32,000 nucleotides of DNA from Bellilinea caldifistulae (GCF_001306055.1 NZ_LGHJ01000017.1:90001-122000), one strand, 5' to 3'; positions 9,279 through 17,667 are shown, numbered from the stretch's first letter. Numbers and translations: made by a program. The notes: generated from the sequence alone by a model not told the origin.

Positions 9279-9779
9279 ATGGGAACCAAAGGACGTGAAA
9301 TCGTTGGAATGAATGTAGATGAGCTGCTCACCCTGCTGAATAAGGCTTATGCCGATGAGTGGCTGGCGTATTATCAATACTGGCTGGGCGCAAAAATTGT
9401 TCGCGGGCCGATGAAGGATGCCGTTGCAGCCGAACTCTTGCTGCATGCCGGCGAAGAACTGGCTCACGCCGATATGCTTGCCCTGCGCATAATCCAGTTG
9501 GGCGGCACGCCATTAGTCACCCCGCAAGACTGGTTCAAAGAAAGCAATTGTGGGTATGATGCCCCCACCGATCCTTTCGTCAAGAAGATTCTGGCGCAAA
9601 ACATTCACGGCGAACAATGCGCCATTGGGGTTTACACCAAACTGCTGGAAATTGTTAAGGACAAAGATCCGGTCACTTACAACATGGTACTGACGATTCT
9701 TTCTCAGGAAGTGGAACACGAAGAAGATTTACAGGCACTGGATGAGGATTTGGAAGCCCTGATGATGCGTTATCAGTAA
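9279..9779 (+). CDS. Ferritin-like (Dps-like / bacterioferritin-family) protein
   Basis: Di-iron four-helix-bundle ligand pattern (EW...Y, EELAHAD, EQ, EVEHEED). AGGAGG at 9268-9273 lies 5 nt from ATG 9279. The 360-nt upstream extension in the ORF track is antisense to yitT and to intergenic DNA. Confidence 0.85.
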   Translation: MGTKGREIVGMNVDELLTLLNKAYADEWLAYYQYWLGAKIVRGPMKDAVAAELLLHAGEELAHADMLALRIIQLGGTPLVTPQDWFKESNCGYDAPTDPFVKKILAQNIHGEQCAIGVYTKLLEIVKDKDPVTYNMVLTILSQEVEHEEDLQALDEDLEALMMRYQ

Positions 9780-9800
9780 AAAAAAGCATCCAATCCCCCC

Positions 9801-9845
9801 AAAAAAGAACTGCACACCGCTGTTGGCGATGTGCAGTTCTTTGCT
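9801..9845. terminator. Bidirectional intrinsic terminator between convergent genes
   Basis: An 11-bp perfect stem AGAACTGCACA/TGTGCAGTTCT. It is flanked by A6 on one side, giving a U6 tract for the minus-strand ABC operon, and by TTGCTTGGAGTTTT on the other. Confidence 0.6.
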
Positions 9846-9863
9846 TGGAGTTTTAACTTAACT

Positions 9864-11801
9864 TTACGAGGCGAGGGCAACCTCCGCTTCAAGCGGCTCG
9901 AACTGACTGTTGTACAGGTCGGCGTAGAAACCACTTTTCGCCATCAATTCCTCGTGAGTTCCCTGCTCGACGATGTTGCCGTCACGCATCACCAGAATGA
10001 GATCGGCATTACGGATGGTAGAAAGGCGGTGAGCAATGATGAAACTGGTGCGCCCCTGCATCAGGGTATCCATCGCCTTTTGAATCAGCAGTTCGGTGTG
10101 GGTATCTACCGAGCTGGTAGCCTCATCCAGAATCAGCATGGCCGGGTCCGCCAGAATAGCGCGTGCAATTGTCAGCAATTGTTTCTGTCCCTGCGAGATG
10201 TTGGTCACTTCCTCATTGATGACCATTTGATAACCTTCCGGCAAGGTACGCACAAAGTGATCCACGTGGGCAGCTTTAGCAGCCCGAATGACTTCTTCTT
10301 CGGTGGCATCTTCCCGCCCGTAGCGGATGTTGTCGAGGATGGTACCGTTGAACAGCCAGGTATCCTGCAACACCATGCCAAACATGCGCCGTAAATCCTC
10401 ACGACTGAAGCGGCGGATGTCCACTCCATCAATCAGGATTTCGCCTTCCTGAACATCATAAAAACGCATCAACAGTTTAACGATGGTGGTTTTACCCGCA
10501 CCGGTCGGCCCAACAATGGCAACCTTCTGACCGGGTTGAATGTGGGCCGAAAAACCGTGAATCACGGGTTTTTCAGGCAAGTAACAGAAATGCACATTGC
10601 GGAACTCAACTTCGCCGCGCACTTTTTCCAGTTTCACCGGCGAAGTGGTATCAGCCACTTCTTCCTCTTCTTCCAGAAATTCAAACACCCGTTCAGCTGC
10701 CGCCACGGTTTGTTGCAGCACATTTGAAATGTTGGCCAGTTGGGTGATTGGCTGGGTGAACGAGCGCACGTATTGGATGAAAGCCTGAATATCACCAATC
10801 GCGATGGAGCCGCGGATAACCAGCCATCCGCCGAGGATGGTCACACCGACATACCCCAGATTACCGATAAAGGACATGATCGGCATCATGATGCCGGAGA
10901 AGAACTGAGCTTTCCAGGCCGCCCCATACAGGCGGTTGTTGTATTCCGCCATCTTACGGATGCTTTTTTCTTCACCGTTGAAGGCTTTGACGACCACATG
11001 GCCGCCAAACATTTCCTCAACATGACCGTTGACATTCCCCAGAAATTCCTGTTGTTGGGTGAAGAAGCGCTGAGAATTACGCACAATGAACATTACCACT
11101 ACAAAGGAGAGCGGCACGATGAGTAGTGCCACCAGTGTCATCTGCCACGAGATGGTCAGCATCATCACCAGCACGCCGACCACCGTGACAAAGGATGTGA
11201 TGATCTGGGTCAGGCTCTGGTTGAGAGTCTGATTGACGGTATCCACATCATTGGTCAGACGGGAGAGCACCTCTCCATGGGTCGTGCCGTCGAAATAACG
11301 GAACGGCATGCGGTTAATTTTTGACATGATCTGCTTGCGCAGTTGATAAGTGACGGTGATGGCCACATCGGTCATCAGCCAGCCTTGCAGGTAACTGAGG
11401 ACAGAGGAGAACAGGTACAACCCCAAAACCGTCAACAAAATCTGGCCGATACCGGCAAAATCAATGCTGCCGGTGCCGCTCAATTGCGCCAGCAAGCCTT
11501 CAAACAACTTGGTGGTAGCCCCACCGAGGATCTTTGGGCCGAGGATAGAAAACACGGTTGATCCGGCTGCCAGCAGGATCACAATCACTATTGTGATTTT
11601 GAAAGGATCCAGATAATGCACCAGTTTACGCAGCGTGCCTTTAAAGTCTCTGGCTTTTTCCACCTTTCCCATCATCATATGTCCACCAAATGGCCCACGG
11701 CCGCCCATCGGGCCGCGTCCTGCGGCAGGCGGACGCATCGTTTCGCCTTCACCCTGTTTGGGTTTTCCGTTTCCCGGTGTCAGGTTATTGGATTGGGTCA
11801 T
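9864..11801 (-). CDS. ABC exporter, fused permease/ATPase (type I exporter half-transporter; consensus-NBD subunit)
   Basis: Six-TM domain plus NBD. Walker A GPTGAGKTT, Walker B LILDEATSSVD and H-loop IAHR are canonical. The signature is ISQGQKQ, which is non-canonical. A Gly/Pro-rich N-terminal tail is present. GGAGGAGGTGA SD. ATGA overlap with the upstream gene. Confidence 0.93.
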   Translation of the reverse strand: MTQSNNLTPGNGKPKQGEGETMRPPAAGRGPMGGRGPFGGHMMMGKVEKARDFKGTLRKLVHYLDPFKITIVIVILLAAGSTVFSILGPKILGGATTKLFEGLLAQLSGTGSIDFAGIGQILLTVLGLYLFSSVLSYLQGWLMTDVAITVTYQLRKQIMSKINRMPFRYFDGTTHGEVLSRLTNDVDTVNQTLNQSLTQIITSFVTVVGVLVMMLTISWQMTLVALLIVPLSFVVVMFIVRNSQRFFTQQQEFLGNVNGHVEEMFGGHVVVKAFNGEEKSIRKMAEYNNRLYGAAWKAQFFSGIMMPIMSFIGNLGYVGVTILGGWLVIRGSIAIGDIQAFIQYVRSFTQPITQLANISNVLQQTVAAAERVFEFLEEEEEVADTTSPVKLEKVRGEVEFRNVHFCYLPEKPVIHGFSAHIQPGQKVAIVGPTGAGKTTIVKLLMRFYDVQEGEILIDGVDIRRFSREDLRRMFGMVLQDTWLFNGTILDNIRYGREDATEEEVIRAAKAAHVDHFVRTLPEGYQMVINEEVTNISQGQKQLLTIARAILADPAMLILDEATSSVDTHTELLIQKAMDTLMQGRTSFIIAHRLSTIRNADLILVMRDGNIVEQGTHEELMAKSGFYADLYNSQFEPLEAEVALAS

Positions 11802-14044
11802 GCCATCACCTCCTCCCTCTTCAATTGCGAGAGGGCAATTTCTCGATAGACTTCACACTTTTCCAGTAATTCCTCATGGGTACCCTTGCAGATAATCTCC
11901 CCTTCATCCAGCACCAGAATTTGATCGGCATCCTTGATGGTTGCCACCCGTTGGGAAACGATAATCACAGTGCTGTCCTTCAGGCTCTGCTTCAAAGCGC
12001 GCCGCAAGCGGGCATCCGTGCGGTAATCCAGCGCTGAAAAGCTATCGTCAAAAATGTAGATGGGAGCGCGCTTCACCAGAGCTCGGGCAATGCTTAACCG
12101 CTGCTTTTGACCGCCGGAGTAATTGATGCCGCCCTGCGAAACCGGGGCTTGCAAACCTTCCGGTGCGGAAAGTACAAACTCGCTTGCCTGAGCAATTTCC
12201 AGCGCCTGTTTGAGAATTTCTTCAGCAGCCTCTTCATTGGCGTAGCGCAGATTGCTCTCAATCGTCCCGCTGAACAGATTGCTCTGCTGAGGAATGTAGC
12301 CAATTTTATCGCGCAGTTCGCTCAGACGCACCTCGCGGATATCCACGCCGTCAATCAGGATGGCGCCGTCGGTCACATCGTAAAAGCGCGGAATCAGGTT
12401 GACCACCGTAGATTTTCCCGAACCGGTTGTGCCGATGATGGCAGTGGTTTTGCCAGCTTCTGCCACAAAGTTCAAATTACACAGCACATTTTCCTCTGCA
12501 TCCGGGTAACGGAATGACACATTTTTAAATTCAATCCGCCCTCGGAATGGCTCCGGGAAGGACTTTGGCTGAGGCGGATCTACAACCGTGATGTCCGTTT
12601 CCAGCACGTCCGCAACGCGGTTTGCCGAAACATCGGCGCGCGGGAAAAGGATGAACAGGAAGGAAAGCATCATGAAAGCGAACACAATTTGCATGACATA
12701 CTGCATGAAAGCCATCATATCGCCAACCTGCATGGAAGATTGGGCAACCTGGTGCGCACCAATCCATAAAATCAGCACCGAAACACCGTTGAGGATAATC
12801 ATCATAAACGGCATGACCATCACAAACACGCGGTTGACGAACAAACTGGTGCGGGTCAAGTCAACGTTAGCCTCTTCAAAGCGTTGTTCTTCATATTTTT
12901 GACGGTTGAAAGCGCGCACGACCATCATCCCGCTTAAATTTTCACGTGCAATCAAATTCAATCGGTCCACCAGGCTCTGGATGATTTTGAATTTAGGGGT
13001 GGCAATCGCAAACACGATGCTAATCAAACCGATCAGCGCAATGACCGCCACCGCGATGATCCACCACATACCGGCACTCTTGTTGACCGCCCGGATGATG
13101 CCGCCAATCCCAATGATGGGCGCATAGAACACCATCCGAATCAGGATCATCATCACCATCTGAATCTGGGTGATGTCATTGGTCGAGCGGGTGATGAGGG
13201 AAGCAATCGAGAACTTTTCAATCTCGGCACTGGAAAAACGCATCACGCGCTCGAACAGCAAGTGGCGTAAATTGCGCGCCAGACCCGCCGCCACCCGCGA
13301 AGCCAGAAATCCGACCAGTACAATCGCGGCTGCTGAAAGAAGCGAAATGAGCAGCATTTGTCCGCCCACCCGCAGAATGTAATTGGTCTGTAATTGACCG
13401 GTGTCCATTCCAAGCGCGTCATATTCGCTTCTTACCACCCGCGCCGCTGCCTGAACCAGTGCTTTTTCTCCCCCGATTGTTTCAAATCGCTGGCTGACCG
13501 CCTGACGAATCTGATCCCGCTGAGTCTCCGGCAGGTTGGCCATTAAGGTGAACACGTCCATACCGGCTGGCAACCGGGAGAGGTCAAATGACATGCCCGG
13601 CATGAGAGTTTGAGCCTGCTGGGGGTCTTTCAAAACTTGCTCAATTCCGGAAACAATCAGCAATCCCTCCGCAACCGGCGCTTCTAATTTTTGGAGAACC
13701 GCCGAATCGGTCTCGGACAGCACATAAACCGGTTCTTCTGCCAAAAGCGGATACGTTTTTACGAGTGTTGCAAAATCGGCGTCGGTTTGATCCACCAGAC
13801 GGTAAGCGTTTAAGACCTGCTCCTTTTCGGTTGAGGTTAAGAACAGCCCAAGGTGCTGCATGGTTGTCTGGCGCATTGCTTGCGGCAGACCATTTTCCAC
13901 CCCGCCTTGTTGTATACCCACATTGACGATCCTGGAAAGGTAATCTGGTAACGCCAGATCGGCATTCGCCTGCACAAACAAAAGCAGAATCGCCAGAATC
14001 AGCGGCAGGGCAAACGGTTTTAAGTACTTGAGAATACGAAACAT
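11798..14044 (-). CDS. ABC exporter, fused permease/ATPase (degenerate-NBD subunit with a large TM1-TM2 extracytoplasmic insertion)
   Basis: Walker A GTTGSGKST and a canonical signature YSGGQKQ. Walker B is IFDDSFSALD (Asp replaces the catalytic Glu) and the H-loop is VSQR (Gln replaces His). GAGGAGG SD. Confidence 0.93.
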   Translation of the reverse strand: MFRILKYLKPFALPLILAILLLFVQANADLALPDYLSRIVNVGIQQGGVENGLPQAMRQTTMQHLGLFLTSTEKEQVLNAYRLVDQTDADFATLVKTYPLLAEEPVYVLSETDSAVLQKLEAPVAEGLLIVSGIEQVLKDPQQAQTLMPGMSFDLSRLPAGMDVFTLMANLPETQRDQIRQAVSQRFETIGGEKALVQAAARVVRSEYDALGMDTGQLQTNYILRVGGQMLLISLLSAAAIVLVGFLASRVAAGLARNLRHLLFERVMRFSSAEIEKFSIASLITRSTNDITQIQMVMMILIRMVFYAPIIGIGGIIRAVNKSAGMWWIIAVAVIALIGLISIVFAIATPKFKIIQSLVDRLNLIARENLSGMMVVRAFNRQKYEEQRFEEANVDLTRTSLFVNRVFVMVMPFMMIILNGVSVLILWIGAHQVAQSSMQVGDMMAFMQYVMQIVFAFMMLSFLFILFPRADVSANRVADVLETDITVVDPPQPKSFPEPFRGRIEFKNVSFRYPDAEENVLCNLNFVAEAGKTTAIIGTTGSGKSTVVNLIPRFYDVTDGAILIDGVDIREVRLSELRDKIGYIPQQSNLFSGTIESNLRYANEEAAEEILKQALEIAQASEFVLSAPEGLQAPVSQGGINYSGGQKQRLSIARALVKRAPIYIFDDSFSALDYRTDARLRRALKQSLKDSTVIIVSQRVATIKDADQILVLDEGEIICKGTHEELLEKCEVYREIALSQLKREEVMA

Positions 14045-14081
14045 TAATCAACCTCCTCAATAATCTGTAACGTGACGGCGG

Positions 14082-14531
14082 CTATACCGGCTCAATTTCT
14101 TTCATCCGCTCGGTCATCAATTCCAGGGCATCTATGATTTGTTCCATTTCTTCCACAGAAAGACGCTCAACCAGTTGATAAAGCCATTGCTGACGGGCAA
14201 CCGTGCTTTCCGTGAGAATTTGCCGGCCTTTTTCGGTCAAGACCAGTTGCTTGTGGCGGCGATCATTCGGATTTTCGCGGCGGGCAATCAAGCCCTGTTG
14301 CACCAGCCGATCCAGCAACTGGCTGGATGCCGCTGTAGTTACCCCCAGCTCCTCACTGATTTGCGAGATGTTGCAATCCTGATTGTAGTGAATATGGCGC
14401 AGCGCCACCATTTGAGTCATCGAAAGACCTTGTTCTTTGGTGTATTGCCAGAACGAGCGCATCGAGCGTTGCATAATCTGCCCCATGGCTCTTTCAAACA
14501 CTTCAAAATATTTTCTTCTAATTTCATCCAT
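14082..14531 (-). CDS. MarR-family transcriptional regulator
   Basis: Winged-helix core (LSMTQMVALRHI...ISQISEELGVTTAASSQLLDRLVQQGLIARRENPNDRRHKQLVLTEKG). ATG 14531 has AAGGA 9 nt upstream. The ORF-track start 14540 is a TTG abutting that SD. Confidence 0.88.
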   Translation of the reverse strand: MDEIRRKYFEVFERAMGQIMQRSMRSFWQYTKEQGLSMTQMVALRHIHYNQDCNISQISEELGVTTAASSQLLDRLVQQGLIARRENPNDRRHKQLVLTEKGRQILTESTVARQQWLYQLVERLSVEEMEQIIDALELMTERMKEIEPV

Positions 14532-14566
14532 AAAATCCAATCCTTGCTATTAGTTAAGCGATGTTG

Positions 14567-14595
14567 AATATTAACTTGTTTTTACAATTTGTCAA
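14567..14595 (-). promoter_or_regulatory. Candidate sigma70-type promoter of the marR-ABC operon, with an overlapping inverted repeat
   Basis: On the minus strand: TTGACA (14595-14590), a 16-nt spacer, then TAATAT (14573-14568). The inverted repeat AGTTAA-N13-TTAACT (14552-14557 and 14571-14576) overlaps the -10 and is a plausible MarR operator. Confidence 0.45.
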
Positions 14596-14608
14596 GGGGC
14601 AAAATTAT

Positions 14609-14640
14609 ACAGCCGCCTGACCTGATGGTCAGGCGGCTGT
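14609..14640 (-). terminator. Hairpin terminator downstream of the ChlI-like gene
   Basis: A 14-bp perfect stem ACAGCCGCCTGACC/GGTCAGGCGGCTGT with a 4-nt loop. On the minus strand it is followed by ATAATTTTG, a short U tract. Confidence 0.5.
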
Positions 14641-14661
14641 TGGATTTCATTGCAGTTTCTT

Positions 14662-15822
14662 TTAGCGCAGACCGGTATCTACGAAGTCCTTCAAAGGATT
14701 ATTCGGGTCAGCGTACTCTTTCAGGACTTCGTCATAGGTTTTCAAACCCATTGGACGACGTTGTTCCCCCTGCTGATTGGGTTTGAGTCCCAGGAACGTT
14801 TCGATCTCATCCCTCAACTGTTCAACTTGCGTGAATTGTTGTTCAAAAGGTGAATGCTTCAAGCGATGTGGCAGGGCTAATTCGGCTGCAATGGCAATAT
14901 CTTCCAGTGTAATTCTATTCCGCCCTTCAAACGCTGCCTGCGCCCGTGCAGTCTTCAATATCACCATATCCGGACGATGACCATCCACTTGAAAGTGAGC
15001 CGTCAATTGGGTGATTGCCAGCAAATCATCGCGTGAATATTGCACTTCTTGAAGCAGACGGCGCGCCTGTTGAATCTGGAACCCCAGTTCACGTTCGCGA
15101 GTCTGCCATTCGCGGCAAAATGCCTCCGGGTTTTCTTCGTATGCCAGTCGCCGTTTCATGATGGCGACCCGTTCCAATGCGCTGCGTAAGCCGCGCACCT
15201 GCACCGAAAGCCCAAAACGATCCAGTAATTGCGGGCGCAAATCGCCTTCCTCCGGATTCATGGTGCCCACCAGGATAAAGCGGGCCGGGTGGCTGAAGGA
15301 AACCCCCTCCCGTTCAATGATATTGACCCCCATCGCAGCCGAATCGAGCAAGACATCTACCACATGATCGTCCAGCAAATTGACCTCATCAATGTAGAGC
15401 AGACCGCGATTGGCCGCTGCCAATACCCCCGGCTCGAAAGCTTTTTCCCCTTTTTGGATCGCCTTTTCAATGTCCAGTGTACCAACCACCCGGTCTTCGG
15501 TTGCTGAGATGGGCAAATTCACAAACGGGGTTGGACGGGTAATCACGGAGGGTTTCACCCCATCCGTAAAACGCTGGCGGCATTCGGTACACCACTCCAT
15601 TGGCCGGTCAGGATCACATCCAAAACGACAGCCTTCAATGACTTTGAGCTCCGGCAGCAAGGCTGCCAGGGCGCGCGCCGCGGTGGATTTAGCGGTTCCA
15701 CGTTCCCCACGGATAAGAACGCCGCCAATCCGTGAATCAATGGCGTTCAAAATTAAGGCACGTTGCATGCGTTCCTGCCCGACAATAGCGGTAAAGGGGA
15801 AATTGTAGGTAAATTGCTGCAT
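14662..15822 (-). CDS. ChlI/BchI-like AAA+ ATPase (Mg-chelatase subunit I family; orphan and atypical)
   Basis: FPFTAIVGQERMQ..., Walker B LLYIDEVNLLDDH, and PARFILVGTMNPEEGDLRPQLLDRFGL, all typical of ChlI/BchI. Walker A reads GERGTAKS. A 4-Cys insert C-x3-C-x8-C-x2-C is present. Confidence 0.85.
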   Translation of the reverse strand: MQQFTYNFPFTAIVGQERMQRALILNAIDSRIGGVLIRGERGTAKSTAARALAALLPELKVIEGCRFGCDPDRPMEWCTECRQRFTDGVKPSVITRPTPFVNLPISATEDRVVGTLDIEKAIQKGEKAFEPGVLAAANRGLLYIDEVNLLDDHVVDVLLDSAAMGVNIIEREGVSFSHPARFILVGTMNPEEGDLRPQLLDRFGLSVQVRGLRSALERVAIMKRRLAYEENPEAFCREWQTRERELGFQIQQARRLLQEVQYSRDDLLAITQLTAHFQVDGHRPDMVILKTARAQAAFEGRNRITLEDIAIAAELALPHRLKHSPFEQQFTQVEQLRDEIETFLGLKPNQQGEQRRPMGLKTYDEVLKEYADPNNPLKDFVDTGLR

Positions 15823-15833
15823 GATTTTTTCTC

Positions 15834-16613
15834 TTATGCCTTCACCATCTCCAGCCGGCGTAATTTGATACTGTCTGTATCGCGGGTCTTCTGGTGACGG
15901 CAGGCGATCACTTCTGCCAGTATTGCCACTGCAATTTCCTGGGGGGTAACCCCGCCCAAATCCAGGCCGATAGGCGCATAAACCCGCTCCAGCTGGAGGG
16001 GATCAAAACCATCCGCCAGCAAATGCTCACGAATGGTACGGCACTTTGCCAGACTGCCAATCATGCCAATGTAGGGAGCAGGCGTGGTCAGAGCATAGCG
16101 CAGGGCTGCCTCATCCGAAATATGATCGGTAGTGATCAACACCACATAAGAATCTTCACCGAGTTTGACCTGTTCCAGTTCAGGGACGGTGGCCAGTCCG
16201 GCCTGCACATCCACCACCACCACTTCAAACCCGGCGGCTTCGCCCATGATTTTTAGCGGTCTTCCAATGTGTCCGCCGCCAACAATGACTAACTGGGGAG
16301 CGGGAAGAAAGGGTTGGATGAAAACCGTCACCTCCCCACCGCACAGCGTACCAATTGCATCTTCCCCTTCCTCAGCCAATTTGTAATGGAAAAGGCCAGA
16401 ATGATGCTCGGTCAATGCCTTCCTGGCATCACTTAAAATGGCCGCTTCCAATTTACCACCACCGACCGTACCGGCGGTTTTGCCATCGGGCAGAAGCACA
16501 ATTTGCGCTCCAACCTTTGCCGGCGATGCCCCGCGCACCTCGATCACCGTCGCCAGCACAGCCGGTTGGCGGTTCTCAATGGCCTGTGCAAGTTGTTGGA
16601 TGGCTTTGGACAT
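15834..16613 (-). CDS. XdhC/CoxI-family accessory protein
   Basis: An N-terminal XdhC_CoxI-like region (ATVIEVRGASPAKVGAQ...GTLCGGEVTVFIQP) followed by a Rossmann-like XdhC_C region (LVIVGGGHIGRPL). AAGGAAGTGA SD. Confidence 0.85.
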   Translation of the reverse strand: MSKAIQQLAQAIENRQPAVLATVIEVRGASPAKVGAQIVLLPDGKTAGTVGGGKLEAAILSDARKALTEHHSGLFHYKLAEEGEDAIGTLCGGEVTVFIQPFLPAPQLVIVGGGHIGRPLKIMGEAAGFEVVVVDVQAGLATVPELEQVKLGEDSYVVLITTDHISDEAALRYALTTPAPYIGMIGSLAKCRTIREHLLADGFDPLQLERVYAPIGLDLGGVTPQEIAVAILAEVIACRHQKTRDTDSIKLRRLEMVKA

Positions 16614-16628
16614 CTTTTCACTTCCTTG

Positions 16629-16880
16629 TCAGTTCGTTTTAACTGCCTCTTTCAACCAGTTCTCAATTTCGGCTTTGGAAGGAATTCTGCCGTAGGAAAC
16701 TACTTTACCCTCGATCACCAGTCCCGGCGTCGCCAGAATCGGGTATTGCATGATATCGGCATGATTGGTTACCTTTTCAAACTCGGCTTCAATTCCAAGC
16801 GTAGCCACCACTTCACGGGTTACGGCCTCAAGCCGTTTGCAGTTTGCACAACCCACACCCAAGATCTTAATGTTCAACAT
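16629..16880 (-). CDS. Thioredoxin-fold protein (redox-active disulfide protein 2-like, CxxC = CANC)
   Basis: [18 protein letters not shown]...[18 protein letters not shown] matches the small thioredoxin-like family. GAGGTGA lies 6 nt upstream of ATG 16880. The ORF-track start 16907 lacks an SD. Confidence 0.85.
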   Translation of the reverse strand: MLNIKILGVGCANCKRLEAVTREVVATLGIEAEFEKVTNHADIMQYPILATPGLVIEGKVVSYGRIPSKAEIENWLKEAVKTN

Positions 16881-16904
16881 ATCTATCACCTCAGTTATAA
16901 AATA

Positions 16905-16918
16905 CATTCATTTGAATG
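16905..16918. promoter_or_regulatory. Palindrome CATTCA-TT-TGAATG in the divergent control region
   Basis: A perfect 6-2-6 inverted repeat immediately downstream of a minus-strand TATAAT (16930-16925), an operator-like position for the trx-xdhC-chlI operon. Confidence 0.35.
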
Positions 16919-17045
16919 AATATTATTATAATTCTAAAATCCCTCATTACCAGTGACAAGTGTAAGAGATTTTCGGGAGGGGTCTCACAGAAAAAAATCT
17001 GCAAATTGGTTTTCCTGCTTTTAATCTTTAAACTGCCATTCAGGT

Positions 17046-17051
17046 TATAAT
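17046..17051 (+). promoter_or_regulatory. Possible -10 box (TATAAT) for the microcompartment operon
   Basis: A consensus TATAAT lies 35 nt upstream of the rpiB start. I found no convincing -35 at a 16-18 nt spacing. Confidence 0.25.
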
Positions 17052-17085
17052 CTACGTAATCCAATCCACGTCCGGGTGAATCTCC

Positions 17086-17667
17086 TTGTCCCCCCTATCC
17101 GAATCGGAGTTACGAGAAATTGTCTTGCGGGTTATTCAGCAAACCACCGGCCAAACCTCAGCTGGGGCGGTCACTACTCCTGCGCCTTCTTTCAATGCCG
17201 ATCCTCCAAAAAAGGTCATAGCCCTTGGCGCTGATCACGGAGGCTTTGAGCTTAAAGAAATTTTGAAAAAAGATCTGGCCGAAGCTGGTTATTCCATTCT
17301 TGACGTTGGAACAAACAGCAAAGACGCCGTGGATTACCCGGACTTCGCTCATGCGGTTGCCAGTCAGGTTGCCAGCGGTAAAGCATGGCGTGGGGTTATC
17401 ATTGATGGCGCTGGAATCGGTTCTTGTATGGTTGCCAACAAAGTACCCGGTGTGCGGGCTGCCCTTGCCTATGACCTGTCCTCAGCAATCAACAGCCGCG
17501 AACATAATGACGCCAATGTTCTCACCCTTGGGGCAGGATTGATTGGCGTCAATTTAGCCCGACAAATTCTCAAAACCTGGCTGGAAACTGCTTTTGCGGG
17601 CGGCCGTCACAGCCGCAGGGTTGAGAAAATTACGGCCATTGAAAAAGAATACCTCAAGGGAGGTTAA
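17086..17667 (+). CDS. rpiB: RpiB/LacA/LacB-family sugar-phosphate isomerase (ribose-5-phosphate isomerase B) with an N-terminal extension of about 43 aa resembling an encapsulation peptide
   Basis: The core ALGADHGGFELKE...YPDFA...GIGSCMVANKVPGVRAAL...REHNDANVLTLGA...GGRH is typical RpiB. There is no in-frame ATG before the core, so a non-ATG start is required. TTG 17086 has GGGTGA 6 nt upstream. Confidence 0.88.
   Translation: MSPLSESELREIVLRVIQQTTGQTSAGAVTTPAPSFNADPPKKVIALGADHGGFELKEILKKDLAEAGYSILDVGTNSKDAVDYPDFAHAVASQVASGKAWRGVIIDGAGIGSCMVANKVPGVRAALAYDLSSAINSREHNDANVLTLGAGLIGVNLARQILKTWLETAFAGGRHSRRVEKITAIEKEYLKGG

Noticed and set aside
9279-9779. The idea that the ferritin-like protein is a compartment cargo (encapsulin or BMC)
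   Set aside because: The window has no encapsulin shell gene. I recognised no cargo-loading C-terminal peptide and no amphipathic N-terminal extension. The gene is monocistronic and lies 7 kb from the BMC module.
9831-10394. Long antisense 'shadow' ORFs opposite real genes. Examples: 9831-10394, 12107-12517, 23323-23934, 27713-28240 and 29097-29831 on the plus strand; 3353-3874, 5659-6147 and 18153-18569 on the minus strand.
   Set aside because: Each lies entirely inside a confidently assigned gene on the other strand. Each shows the Arg/Pro/Gly/Ser-rich low-complexity composition typical of antisense frames and lacks family motifs.
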